Below, piece by piece: positions 25,100-36,782 of a stretch of DNA of 64,000 nt. Origin of the DNA: Balanoglossus misakiensis (lineage: Eukaryota > Animalia > Hemichordata); NCBI GenBank assembly GCA_040954595.2, contig CM082577.2, forward strand, positions 11,875,654 to 11,939,653, given 5' to 3'. Position 1 is the first letter of the stretch, and every line of letters starts with the position of its first letter. The position numbers and the translations under genes were made by a program. The notes beneath the pieces are model-generated. The model was not told the DNA's origin, searched no databases, and saw only the letters and a list, made by a program, of their open reading frames with translations.

Positions 25100-26330
25100 T
25101 ATTATATTCATTAGCCATACATGCAATTGGAAAAGCAATAATCATGAACAGAACACAGTGACCGAAGGATACTTTGACAGTTTGAGATGACTTCGTTTCC
25201 CTTGTTGAAGTTTGCAAATATATGATGACATGGTAGTTGATACATGCAGTGAAAAGAACAACTGCATTTTAACATTTCATGAATTCTATATTGCTTTTCT
25301 CCCACCTGTACCGGTACATCACATATTGTAAAGTTATCTTCATGATTGTCCTTAATTTCATACTGATTCTTCTGTAATTTTTCAAGCTGCTTTGAAATCT
25401 ACAGCAGGGGCAGTGCAAATATTTGAAATGGAAGACTGAATGTGAGTGTCACCAGCCCATCTTGTATCTATTCGCGTTTTCATGGAATTAAATGTTGAAT
25501 AATCAACATTTTGAGCTATAAAAAGCCTATCAATGGAGTCATTTAGATGACACGACCGTCCCAGATATGCCTTCAAATTCTGGTTGTGTGAGACTTAATC
25601 CTGTTGTTTGTGTTGTTCCCTAGTGTAGGCAGTGTTCTTCTGTACAATTGAACCCCCATTTCTGTACAATTATCCCAGTTGTCTGTGAAGTAAAAGGAAA
25701 AAAAGTTTTAGGGCTCAGCTTTGATAGCTCTGTACGCTTTTTTTAAGTACATTTCTTCTGAATATGCATACACCATTGCTGAGACAGTTTTCATGATATC
25801 TGACTTTCACTTTTTTTGATATCTAAATCACCAATTCTTTTCTTTAAATATTTTAGAACATGAAATGTACATAATAAAATGGCGGCATTAGGCGTTGTGC
25901 ATTTTATAGCAGATATTTCTGTAAAATCTTTATCTACAATGACAACTTTTACCTTACTGAGATCATTCTTAGCAGCAATGTGATCACATAAGTTATGGAT
26001 TGTGTCTTTCTTCTCATTTTTCACAAAAGCATATCCAACAGATCGACCCTAACCTTGACCATCTTCTATAAGCAATAGATACAGTGGGTACCCTTCAATA
26101 TTAACCTTGTAGGTCCCATCTACAAAGAGGACATCTGGATAGCTGTTGAAAAGATGTTTCATTTCGCTCGTCTGAAAAAAACAACATAATTTCAAGTTAA
26201 TTATCATGTGACATTTCAACAACAGTTGTAGCCTGGCGATCATCTTGTTCAAGTTTTAATAATCTGTTAACAACCTTCTGACCTTCACACCTACCCTGTG
26301 CAGTATGCCCATTTAAGTTTTTCTTGATGT
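25100..26330 (-). mobile_element. MuDR/MULE (ZSWIM-like) transposase remnant with SWIM finger
   Basis: YPDVLFVDGTYKVNIEGYPLY; VIVDKDFTE...LLCTFHVLK; SWIM CSCSFHCMYQLPCHHIF. Confidence 0.85.
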
Positions 26331-26664
26331 TATGGATGTCATTAGAAAGAACAACTTTGCCTGTTTTATCTGCAATAAAAATTCTTTATGGTTCTTGTGG
26401 GAACATTTAGCTTCAGAAGTTCCTCAACCCATTTACTTTCAGCACCACCAAGCCGTTTGTTTTCAGGATACCAAGCAAAAGTCTGTGAAGAAACCGTGTG
26501 GTTATGTTAAATCAGTACGTGGTAGGCAGGCATGGACGCCTATACGCCCATAAGATTTATTCACCCCATTTAAACGCCCGATTGCAATTCGCACACTCCA
26601 TATTGCTGAAAACTTTAAGCGAATTGGAATAGTTTTGATCACATGACTTAAATGAAGGTGAACG

Positions 26665-26954
26665 TCCGTGTGCGCATGCGCAAGGTCAGTTTGTAGTGGA
26701 GGGTCACCAGTTTTACTGCGCTGCGTTAACGGCATTTACGATTCGGCGACAAACACGTCAAGTAGGTTCCCATTTGTGAAATTTTTGTTCGATCTTAATT
26801 TCTGACAACACTATGTACATGTTCATGTAGTTTATTGTTTGAAAATCGGTGCGAATCATTTTGCTTCGCACCCAACGGTTTTTCCTATGGATGGCTCCAT
26901 AGCTGTGGGGACAGAGAGCAGCGTAGACCCAAACAGCGTATAAGTCCAGAGCTA
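26665..26954. mobile_element. Academ-like terminal/subterminal segment
   Basis: Ends in AAGTCCAGAGCTA (reverse complement TAGCTCTGGACTT), also seen at 30823-30835. 26670-26850 is the reverse complement of 29715-29896, which sits upstream of a RecQ exon. Confidence 0.55.
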
Positions 26955-27173
26955 GGCTAGGACTAAAACTGACAACTATTGAGATTGTATCATTTTGGTT
27001 TCCCTTAGGGCGACAGCAGAAGTGTCAATTTTATGCAAATTAGCAGATTGCGCTCATTTAAGACACTATTTGTTTTCCCTGACCTTGTTTTCTTACTATC
27101 AGAATAAAAGTCATTCCATATAAGTAGAGAGACATCTGCCTAAATCAGTGAAACACAATTGTAAATTACTCCT

Positions 27174-28910
27174 TGGAGTGACCGTGACATTTCCCAGCAA
27201 TAAGATATCAGTAAAATTAAAAAATAACAGTTACAGTAATAATACCTGCAGGTTATACTTATAAACAATCTTAGATACACTTACCACCTCTTCCAAGAAT
27301 GAACACTTTGTATTCTTTTTTATCTGCAGGCCACACAGCAAAAATATCTTGCCCTTTGTGTTTTACACATTTAATAGTGTCTTTAACAACAAGCATCTCA
27401 TTGTCGTGGAATCGAATGAGCAAATATTCTGCAAATTCAATACAATAATAAAAAAACAGTTCAATCTTTGCAGCCCAGATCAAATTACGACAAAAATCAG
27501 ATTTGTACGATCAATTATTAAAGGAGTTTCGTATTTTTACGAGAAAAATATCAGCTGGGGGCATCATTTCTAGACCGTAATCAATTCATTCCGGCCTCAA
27601 AGTTGTCGATCGGTTGTAAAAATAAACTTCTGCAGTACATCAAAAGTTGCCTGACCTAATTATCAGTGCACTCAAAGGTCACAATTTGAGACAATTAGAG
27701 CAAGGTCAACAACCTATTCGAAGTATGCAAATTAGGTAAAGACGCACTCACAAGTCAGCAAGATGTTCCTGATACTCAAGTTTGCATTTCATTTGGCAGC
27801 CCAGCAAATTTGAGCAAATATTCAGTTTTTTTATCAAGCATTGCTGCTTCTGCCAATAGTTCATCAATAAACTTTCCCATATTTCGCAGCTTTGCATGTA
27901 ATTGATCCAAAGTGTATTCGCTTTTAGGGTCATAGTTTATGAGTGGAGCACCAGTTTGGCCACGCTGATGAGATTCTGCCCATTATACACATGATGACTG
28001 ACAATGAGGGCAACAGTGTATTTTGATGACGGGAGGCACTGCTAGTCACAACTAAAACAGTCTTGTTTTCCCGAGGGCACGTACACAGTCACGGCCGGCC
28101 ACGGCCTATAGCAACTATGTCGTCTCATTTGCATAGCGAAAAGAGCGGCAAGCACCCAGCGAAACATTTTGCCCAAAAACTACAAAAGGCTAGGGTATAT
28201 CCCACTTTCTTGCAAACTACGCACTGTCTAAGCACTGCACACAGCGAAAGACGCACACACACACATGTACCGGTATATATGGAGAGAGCGGTGATCCAGT
28301 ACTAGCCGCTTGTGTGTATTTATTGCCGCCAAAAAGTAAATAGATATAGGCCTGCACAATCTGGTGCACAGTCTGATGATTTGCCAATTGGCAACTATAC
28401 CAATACAATAAAGAAAAAATGGTGTCTTATACTGCGGTTATATGAATAGCATATAGCCGGTCAGGAAATACCAGAAAAAAAACCTTAAAAGTGAATGGTA
28501 AATGCTCTGGAAACCCTAATGCAACGCAATTGTACGATTGCGCATAGTGGTCAAAGTCCTTGGCGAACGAAAAGTGACCTTGGTGATGGTTGACGTACAT
28601 GGTGTTACTGTGTTTTCCCACTGATTTCACAACGTGTGTGATGACCCTTTCCGATCGTGAACCACCATCTCCTCCTACAAAAAGTTCACAAACCTCTATA
28701 TTGATAGAAAACAGCGATTTCTTAGTCGGGTACATGTATATCACCGAATGATACGCCCTCGAACGGAGTGTCAGGAGTGTGTCCACTATGTGCAACGTAC
28801 TGTCGGCTGTAATTTTTTTGCAGCAACTTCAAGATTTCGCTCTGTATAGCCCTTAGCTAAGGCGAGGCAGCGGTTGTCTTCATACGGTTTACCTGTGTTG
28901 GGACAGAGAA
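27174..28910. repeat. Segmental duplicate of 14144-17705 with internal deletions
   Basis: Near-identical ORF pairs 15389/27748, 15777/28063 and 15910/28217. Continues directly into the homolog of 17385-17705. Confidence 0.92.
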
Positions 28911-28912
28911 GT

Positions 28913-29712
28913 TGTGACTGACTCACAATAGAAAAGGAACGATACACAGCAATTGGTAGGCGACTTCAGACTTTATTGCGATGTACATGAATATACAACA
29001 TATGATGGAGCACACACAGCCAAAACTACACGGCCCGTGCCTTTTATATCGTCTGCTCGAAACAAATTTTAAATGCCAGTTCACGCGTTTATCCACGTCG
29101 CTTTGAATCAGTACGATATCACCGACTTTCACAGTGTTGTGTTTGACACCATCGGTGGTGAGCAGGTGTCGCTCTCTTAGTGCAGTTAAGTATTCAGTTG
29201 ACCACCGTTTCCAGAACACGCGTTGAAGTGACGATAAATGTTCATAGCGGCGATTGAGACCTCGAACATTCGACGTGTAGTCCTCGGGATCACTTGGAGG
29301 GAGATAAGGTAGTCCGGTAATGTTTCTCCCGTTGACTAATTGCGAAGGAGTTAGTGGCGTCAGATCATCGGCGTTGGACGACACATAAGTCAATGGCCTC
29401 TATTTCGACGAGTAGAGTTTCCAACTCAGCATACGTTACACGAGATTTCCCGAGCACTTTCTTTAGCGCGGTTTTGGTAATCCCAATCATACGCTCGTAG
29501 AACCCGCCGAACCAGGGTGCGCGTTTAGGGATAAATTTCCAGGTAGTGCGGTGTTCACCCAATAGGGACTGTACTTCTGGGTTAGTCATAATGTCCTTCA
29601 GTTCATCGGCCGCCGATATAAACGTTGTCGCGTTATCGGATATAAGCGTAGAAGGTGTCGAACGACGAGCCGCAAATCGGCAAAATGCAAGCATAAACGA
29701 TGACGTGGTCAA
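28913..29712 (-). mobile_element. BEL/Pao LTR retrotransposon integrase, C-terminal domain and partial 3' LTR
   Basis: ISDNATTF; WKFIPKRAPWFGGFYERMI; LTPSQL; FWKRWSTEYL. Followed by TATAAAAG...AATAAA...TCACA, an LTR-like end at 28913-29070. Confidence 0.9.
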
Positions 29713-29973
29713 GTCCGATTTTCAAACAATAAACTACACGAACATGTACATAATGTTGTCAGAAATAAAGATCGAACGAAAATTTCACAAATGGGAACCT
29801 ACTTGACGTGTTTGTCGCCGAATCGTAAACGCCGTTAACGCAGCGCCGTAAAACTGATGACTCTCCGCTACAAACTGACCTTGCGCATGCGCACATATAA
29901 AAAAAAACGCGAGTAAAACACGTGTCACGTGCTCTATACATCGCATTGGCCAAAAGTTTTGTAGCGTGGCAGA

Positions 29974-30168
29974 CATGGATGTTACTGATGTAAAGGATGT
30001 TTTCGACGCCATTAAATCTCGTTTCGCATTTAATTTTACGTTAAAAATGAGCAAGCGAGCACTATAAGCTCAGTAATCAACGGAAGAAATACATGTACGG
30101 GTACTATCCTTCCGACAGGATTTGGAAAGAGTATGTGTTTTGTTTTACCGCCGCTAATTCTAGATGAA
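29974..30168 (+). pseudogene. RecQ-like helicase first exon (Academ-type), frameshifted
   Basis: MDVTDVKDVFDAIKSRFAFNFTLK..EQ...ILPTGFGKSMCFVLPPLILDE|GTAAGT. Confidence 0.75.
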
Positions 30169-30529
30169 GTAAGTTGTTCTCTTCCAATATTTCGTCTCTT
30201 TAGATGTGGGTTAAGGTTTTAAATGTTTATTACATTTTCCATGTTTTGTGGATATGTCTGTTTTGTTTTTATTTATGTTTTGATTGATGGTTTTTTCCAT
30301 GTGTCACAGTATGTATGTATTTGTTCACATGCAATGCTATACTTCATGCTGTAACTTTGTTTCAATCTTATCTTAAGTAATACTTTTTAAAACACAAATA
30401 TCACAACCAGGTTAAGACACTAGTCATTTGTTATTGAATTGTGAATAAATTGATTATACAAAATAAATGGAACTTAAATTAAAACTCCAAAAGTATATCA
30501 AACTTTGAAAAAAATTTGTTGGAGTTTAT

Positions 30530-30835
30530 ACCTTGTTTTTCTTCTTCCTATTCACTGAACTGGGTGTGCTTATCCTTCGTCGTTTGTTTAATCTTGGTGT
30601 CTTCCATGGTGATGTTAACTTTGTTTTCCTCCCAATTATACCTGTACTCTCTGCCACATCCTGAAAATCACGACCTGCTGATATGTAGGCCTTAAATAAA
30701 GCGCGCACATTATTTAACAAATTGGCGCAACCCGTGCACAAATATTGATCTGGACTGCAATCTACATTAAATTCTGAACATAACATTTCAGCTGCTGTTA
30801 AATCATAGACAGTAGAGGGGGGAAGTCCAGAGCTA
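30530..30835 (-). mobile_element. Academ-like zinc-finger/basic exon fragment fused to an element terminus
   Basis: YLCTGCANLL...SPWKTPRLNKRRRISTP...K|GT donor. Terminus AAGTCCAGAGCTA at 30835. Confidence 0.45.
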
Positions 30836-31609
30836 TACAGCTACCAACCTTACTGCATTAGCATACATCCATTTATATATGCATGCATGCATGCATGCAT
30901 ACATACATACATACATGTAGTTACATTGTAACGATTTAAATAACAAAAGCTGGTTATTTGGAATCCGTGCATAACAGTCAGTGTTGCTGGCCCGGCGACG
31001 CTACAAGTAGTACGGACGTATACACATTCGGGAACTAGAGAAAATTCATATCTTCAATCACATTTGCGATATTAAAGATTTCTTGTTGTGCATACCTCAG
31101 ACACATTGACTGATGACAAGACATCACAACGTAAACAACACAATAAATAATAATAATAATAATTAATTCAATAAATAAATCAATAAAATGCACGTACGAT
31201 AACATTTATTTTACATGAAAACTTACCTGGCTTTGTTCGGATTCTTCTTTCGCATTCTCACGCTCAAGAATAATAATTTTCTGTCACTGACTGACCGAAA
31301 ACTCGGGAGAACTGTCCCAGCTCATTGTAATCAATGGAATACAATGTCATGAAACAGTATACCGAAAGAATAAATGGTATCAGTCGGTAGAGGGCACACT
31401 TCGGTAATCCTCACCAGCTATGGTACACGGTATAGTATACAAATAAAGAGATCGGACCAGCCACTGCTGTAAATGACGCACTTCTTTAATCTTCACACGG
31501 AAGAACCTGCCTTCACTCCTCCTCACAACCCTGCCTTTGTTCCTCCTCAAAACTCGTTCTTATATACCCCACATCATTTACATATTCTACTTCTAACCAA
31601 TTAAAATCA

Positions 31610-32025
31610 TGCGTGTCCGTGGGCTTGAATTCCGCGTTTTGAGAGCATAGTTTGTTTCGTAACTGGCGAAGCAGTCCGCGTTGACCGATGTGTAGCTGTA
31701 GGTCGACAATGTCTTGGTCGCTGAGGCACTTCAGTACTTCGGAGGATGTGACCTGGGAGGTGGTTAGTGAGCTGATAGTGTGTTTTGAAAGACCCGCCGC
31801 TTCACATCATTCAACAAACCTGTAGTCTTCTGTCATTGTAATTGGTGACTATAGGGGGTATGCCGGGGAAAGGCCGAAATTAATAGCAGTTTCGTCGAGC
31901 GACATAAAAAAATGTCCGCTGTCAGTCTGGGCAATAAACCACGAGAAAGCCTCGTCCCAGGACCAACTACCACATCGTCGATCCCAACTCCATTTAAACT
32001 CCAATAAAACAAGTGTTATTGTACA
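31610..32025 (-). mobile_element. Probable DIRS/Ngaro-type retrotransposon 5' region (SAM-like ORF1 start)
   Basis: Minus strand reads MTEDYRFVE*CEAAGLSKHTISSL...VLKCLSDQDIVDLQLHIGQRGLLRQL. Confidence 0.5.
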
Positions 32026-32420
32026 CTTAAAATCCTAATTTGTCAATCGTCCAATCAGAACACAGACCTCGGCATTCTGTAATAGTATTTGTGAGCACGT
32101 TTTAGCTTTCCATTTCTATCAAGATATGACCCCTTGTGACCAATCATTTCTTGTACACTGCTATCTCTGAACATGTAGGGACATTTAATTTCTAAGAGGC
32201 AATAACCATGACATTCACAAGTAATAATGCCATCTGTATTAGCACCAATCCAAGGTTTCTCTTTCAATATTCTCATACCCCTTTTTACTACTTTACCTTG
32301 AAAATGACTAAATGATGTGTTAAAAACTTCCTTTTCATGGAGCAACATTTTAGTTTTGATTATGTAGGAATGTGTTGTCCCATATGGTTCAAAACTATGC
32401 AAAAGGATCCAAAACAATCA

Positions 32421-33815
32421 AGGCACTACGGTGCTCTCTTATCATTCCTGTATGTAGACGGGGTAAGACCCCACTTTCAAACCTTTAGACTCGTCTAAAT
32501 CACACAGCCAAGGAAAATCTGAGTATGGTCTGCCATGTTTGGCGAGAGCATGCGACGTTTTGAACAGAATAACCAGTCTGCTAACAACTTCTTTATTCAA
32601 AGACAGCAGAGATTTTTCGGCCCGAGTCTCGCCAGGTTTCGCCTGTTTGGCCTCGAGCTTACCAACATTCCTGCAATGACTGACTGAAATGGCATGAGCC
32701 TTAACAGAATCCAGCTTAAAATTAGAACATCCTGTCACAAATGTACCCACAGCCTCATATTTTCGACAAATCTCGCAGTACATTTTCCCCTTACCATTAC
32801 TGACAAATTATAATATGCTTGGTGTGAATCTAGCTCGCTGATTGGCTGGAGCCGGGGTTTATATTCTCGACAAGAAGACCTAGTACCTGGACCCTGAACA
32901 GTGAATAGTTTTTAAAAAAGTAACCGAAATAGAACACGTAGAAGGGAACGCGCCTGAATAGAACGCACTTTATGAATTCTATTGGCGGTGGCATAAAATC
33001 GCGTGACTTTAGACATTCTAGAACACGTTTGCACGAGCTCAGCTTGCGTGTTCTGGAACAGTGCGCGACGAGGCCCTTGAACTAGCACGATTTATTCTCA
33101 ACCAAACAACCGATTTGAAAAAATGAAATTGTTTATCTTTATCAAGCAAAAGCATATTATAATGAGGTTATAAACGGTGCGCTCGGGTATTTGGTACGGA
33201 TATAAGACCTCTCAGGTGAAAATTAGCATATTTGGGTGAAATAATCACCTCGCTTCGCTCGCTTCGCTCGGTGATTATTTCCCGCCAAATATGCTAATTT
33301 TCACCTGAGAGGTCTTATATCCGCAACCAAATACCCTCGCTAGCCGTTTATAACCTCTAAATACGACAGCCAATTGTATCTCGATTTCCAAGCCTCCTGA
33401 AATTCGCGGACCCGGACGTTACCATCATAGGATTTGTTTCTCATACGCACCTCTGCAGTAGAACATCGTGCTTTTTTAGCAGCTGGGGGAGTATAGCCTA
33501 CCAAAAAACGTTCCATTATTACAAAAATTGAAAAAAGCCAGAGCAGAAAGTAGGTCGACGGCAACAAGTTCAGACGACGCCATTAATTACGAGGCGCGAA
33601 AACCCCTGCGCAGCATGCATGCGCAGTAGTCTGTAAATGGTCGCGCCCTATGATAGTCTCTGACGATCGTGAGATCGTGTTTATTTGCAGTTTAAACCAA
33701 GAAATACTCGTGGGAAAGTCACTATCCCGCCGGACTACCGGCAAAAACATTTTACTGGTCCTTACAAAAAATTACTAGACTCGGGATAGTGGGCCAGCGT
33801 GTATGTCGAACCCTG
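32421..33815 (-). mobile_element. hAT transposon 5' part (ZNF862-like, TTF zinc finger) with TIR
   Basis: REFQEAWKSRYNWL / MYCEICRKY...FVTGCSNFKLDSVKAH...AKHGRPYSDF. Terminus CAGGGTTCGACAT at 33815. Confidence 0.85.
32806..33357. mobile_element. Non-autonomous element with a ~190-bp terminal palindrome, inserted in the hAT ORF
   Basis: Inverted repeat 33164-33357 centred on (tcgct)n. Its other end recurs at ~1603-1692, and a palindrome arm recurs at 14108-14141. Confidence 0.75.
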
Positions 33816-36557
33816 CACTTTCTATCTCACTTTATAACAGGTAAAATATTTGTTAACTTATTTTTCATGCCAAAAACAATGAACATCATGCAGGTAAATT
33901 AAACTTATTATATTCATTAGCCATGCATGCAATTGGAAAAGCAATAATCATGAGCAGAACACATGGACCAAAGCATACTTTGACAGTTTGGGGCGGCTTC
34001 TTTCTCCTGGAAGTTATTTTTTTAATCTCCAAACATGTCCCTGTAAAAATGATAACATGGAATGTCTCTCTGGATGTATAATTCTTCAAAGTGAGATCTC
34101 CATTTCAAATACCCATAGCCTCCATATCAGTGAATAGTATATCTCTACAAGAAGAGGATGTTAACAGAGAAGATATTTTCAATGGAACTTTATTCCAATA
34201 ATAAAGTCGTGTACACTTAATTGCACTCAATAATATGGCATAAAATATTACATTTGGCCAGAACCGTTAGACTGAACGGACGGTTGCGCGGTTTATCGTC
34301 ATTCCCGATATCGTCATGCTGAGTATCAATCGAAATGATGGAAAACGCGCATGGAAGAGCATACGCCCCTGAGAAGGCAACCAGTCATGATCACAAAACA
34401 GGACACGGCCAAAAAGCTTCGTTTCTCACCAACAATGATGAAAAGTATTTAGGTGACATTTTGTAGGACTGGTTCGTAAGTCCCCCTATAAAAAATGGCC
34501 GTGGCTATTTTTTAGATTTTTACAGTTCAAAATTGTTACTTCTCCTGCATGCAAATATGATGACATGGTAGTTGATACATGCAGTGAAAAGAACAAAAGC
34601 ATTTTAACATTTCATGAACTCTATATTGTTTTTCTCTCTCCTGTACATCACATATGTTAAAGTTATCTTCATGACTGTCCTTAATTTCATACTGATTCTT
34701 CTGTAATTATTCAAGCTGCTTTGAAATTAAAATCTACAGCTGGCTTGCCGATGAGGGCACGATCTCTCTAGTGAAGGACTTGCGTTCCTCACTACCCTGA
34801 AAACGGATAGGAGGTTGAAAAATCTGACGTTGATATAAAAAGTAGTCAATCGGTCAGTCAGTGCGCCATCACGCGTCGGAGTTCATTTCTTCTCTTGTGC
34901 ATAAAATCACTCATTGTGCAATATACATGTAGTGCTGAGTAAACGAAGTAATTTTGCTTAATATATCTGAAACACTTCAACTTAATATCATGACTGCAGT
35001 TGGAACAGAAAACACGGTGGAATTACCTGGTAACCTTGGTAACACCAGCAATCCTCTTTTCACGTTGAAATGTCACAGAACCACTGAAAGTAACTCGTGA
35101 TGGAGTGAGAGGAAACGGGGAAATTAATGGGAGACCTTTTCTGGTTGTGTGTATAGGGCATGTCGCTGAGTACATCGGTACACATGAATAACCAGTTGCC
35201 AGGTGATGGATAAGGTCGGTGGGACTTAGGGTGGAATTTCTACGCTCACCTCGGATGACTTCGGTTTCACATATGGGACTCGTTTATAACACTGAGCGAG
35301 TACATGCATTTCCCAAGGGGGTGGGGTGTGATGAGGTGGGGGCACTGAATAATATTGAAATGAGTTTTACAATTACCTTCAACCAAGATCGGGAATTTCA
35401 CTCGTGTCAGTCTATCAGAACTTGGACACGTATAGTGTTAGCCCCAAACCTCGGGTGTATCAGTCGTAAGTGCAAGCTCGATAATGAGTGACAGACAGAC
35501 AGACAGACGGACAGACAGACGGACAGGATGGTACTGAAATACTCAAACTAATTCCGTGATTAATTTAAACAACCGTGACGAATGTAAGATACAATGTACC
35601 AGTATGTGAGTTGATATCGATACCACGTTGAAGAGTGACACGTGACTAAAGGGGAAACTCAAACTTTAAATCGGGGATTCATAGAAATCTCTATGTGACG
35701 TTGTGTGTGTGTACACCTGAACCGTTGATAGTAAGCTAATTTTGATTTTATGTGTGGATGGATATTCTCGTAAATTTGTTACATTATGTAAAACGAACGC
35801 CACACAAAAGTTCTCCATGCCAGAAGTCGGTTTCCTTCCTTGCATTTTGCCATTTTTTTATACTTCTCTGGGAAATGATGACTCCATTTTCTTGGCTAAG
35901 TTGTCACGTGACAGAGTCTTCCAAAAGAGTAAACAGACCTGAAAGAAATGTAGATCAACAGTAAGAATTGTTGAAGCAGAGTTAACAGAAACATAACACC
36001 AGCCAGTGAGCTACATAGCAAATTACCATTTCCAGCACATTTAACATGATTGGCATTTTGCCATAAAAGCATGATGTCTTAGAAGTCAACAAACCTTTGA
36101 GTTCTCGCAACAGCTTGTTAATAAACCGCATCAGTTGAAGTATAAATCTGGACGTGGCTTCCCAAAGATGATGTCCTTTTGTCTGTCACCGAGGTCGATA
36201 TCACTAGCTCTAAGTAGATAACGGGGATATGGGCCATTCGGTTAGTTGATTGATTTATTGGTTGAATTGATTCGAGTTGAGTTGAGTTGAGTGGTTTGTT
36301 ATGATATCACAAATACAATCTGATCACAGATATAAATTAAATCGGTGAAAATTCCGTCTCCATTCCACTCAGTCATATTTCTCTGGAAAAGCGACGGTAA
36401 GCAAATAAGCAATTCATAGTAACAGACTTGGAATTAAGAGCGAAATGTATTAAAGTTAGATCTGATGACGTCAGACGCAGTCAGAATTGCTACTCATAAC
36501 CTGCGATTCTAAACCACGACACATCACTACTCGGATAGGCTCTCCGCAAGCTAATTC

Positions 36558-36782
36558 TTACATTCCAGGTATCTGCCCTTTGATAAACGCTTGTCGGCTG
36601 TGTCTACTACCGCTGATGTTTACCACTAGTGTTCGTGAAGACTGGGAACTCGACCTTGATTTCTTCCACGTGGTGGGTGCAGATGCCGATGTGTTTCGCG
36701 TCGATGATCGCTTTGAGAAACGCATATTTTGCAGTCGCCCTTTCCCACGAGAGCAATTCGCCAAGAATCGCCTCAAGTCCGT
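36558..36782 (-). CDS. Neuropeptide GPCR exon 4 (helix 8 and Ser/Thr-rich C-tail, stop)
   Basis: Acceptor tttttatcattacag|ACG. Phase-0 continuation NFK-TDLRRFLANC. Confidence 0.8.
   Translation of the reverse strand, partial: TDLRRFLANCSRGKGRLQNMRFSKRSSTRNTSASAPTTWKKSRSSSQSSRTLVVNISGSRHSRQAFIKGQIPGM

Larger units (their letters stand above)
30833..34740. repeat. Collinear, interrupted duplicate of 20957-25405
   Basis: Matching blocks: 30833-30910/20957-21035; 30920-31040/23375-23500; 31180-31608/23520-23945; 32028-32078/23940-24007; 32080-32420/24700-25050; 33816-33990/25050-25185; 34545-34740/25215-25405. Confidence 0.88.

Noticed and set aside
1-34800. A single spliced multi-domain gene or one intact giant virus/transposon on the minus strand
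   Set aside because: Fragments come from mutually exclusive transposase superfamilies, carry stops and frameshifts, and are joined mid-domain. No enclosing termini are visible in the window.
35490-35525. (GACA)n tract and other microsatellites such as (GAAA)n at 21485
   Set aside because: Ordinary simple repeats or MITE parts with no further structure established.
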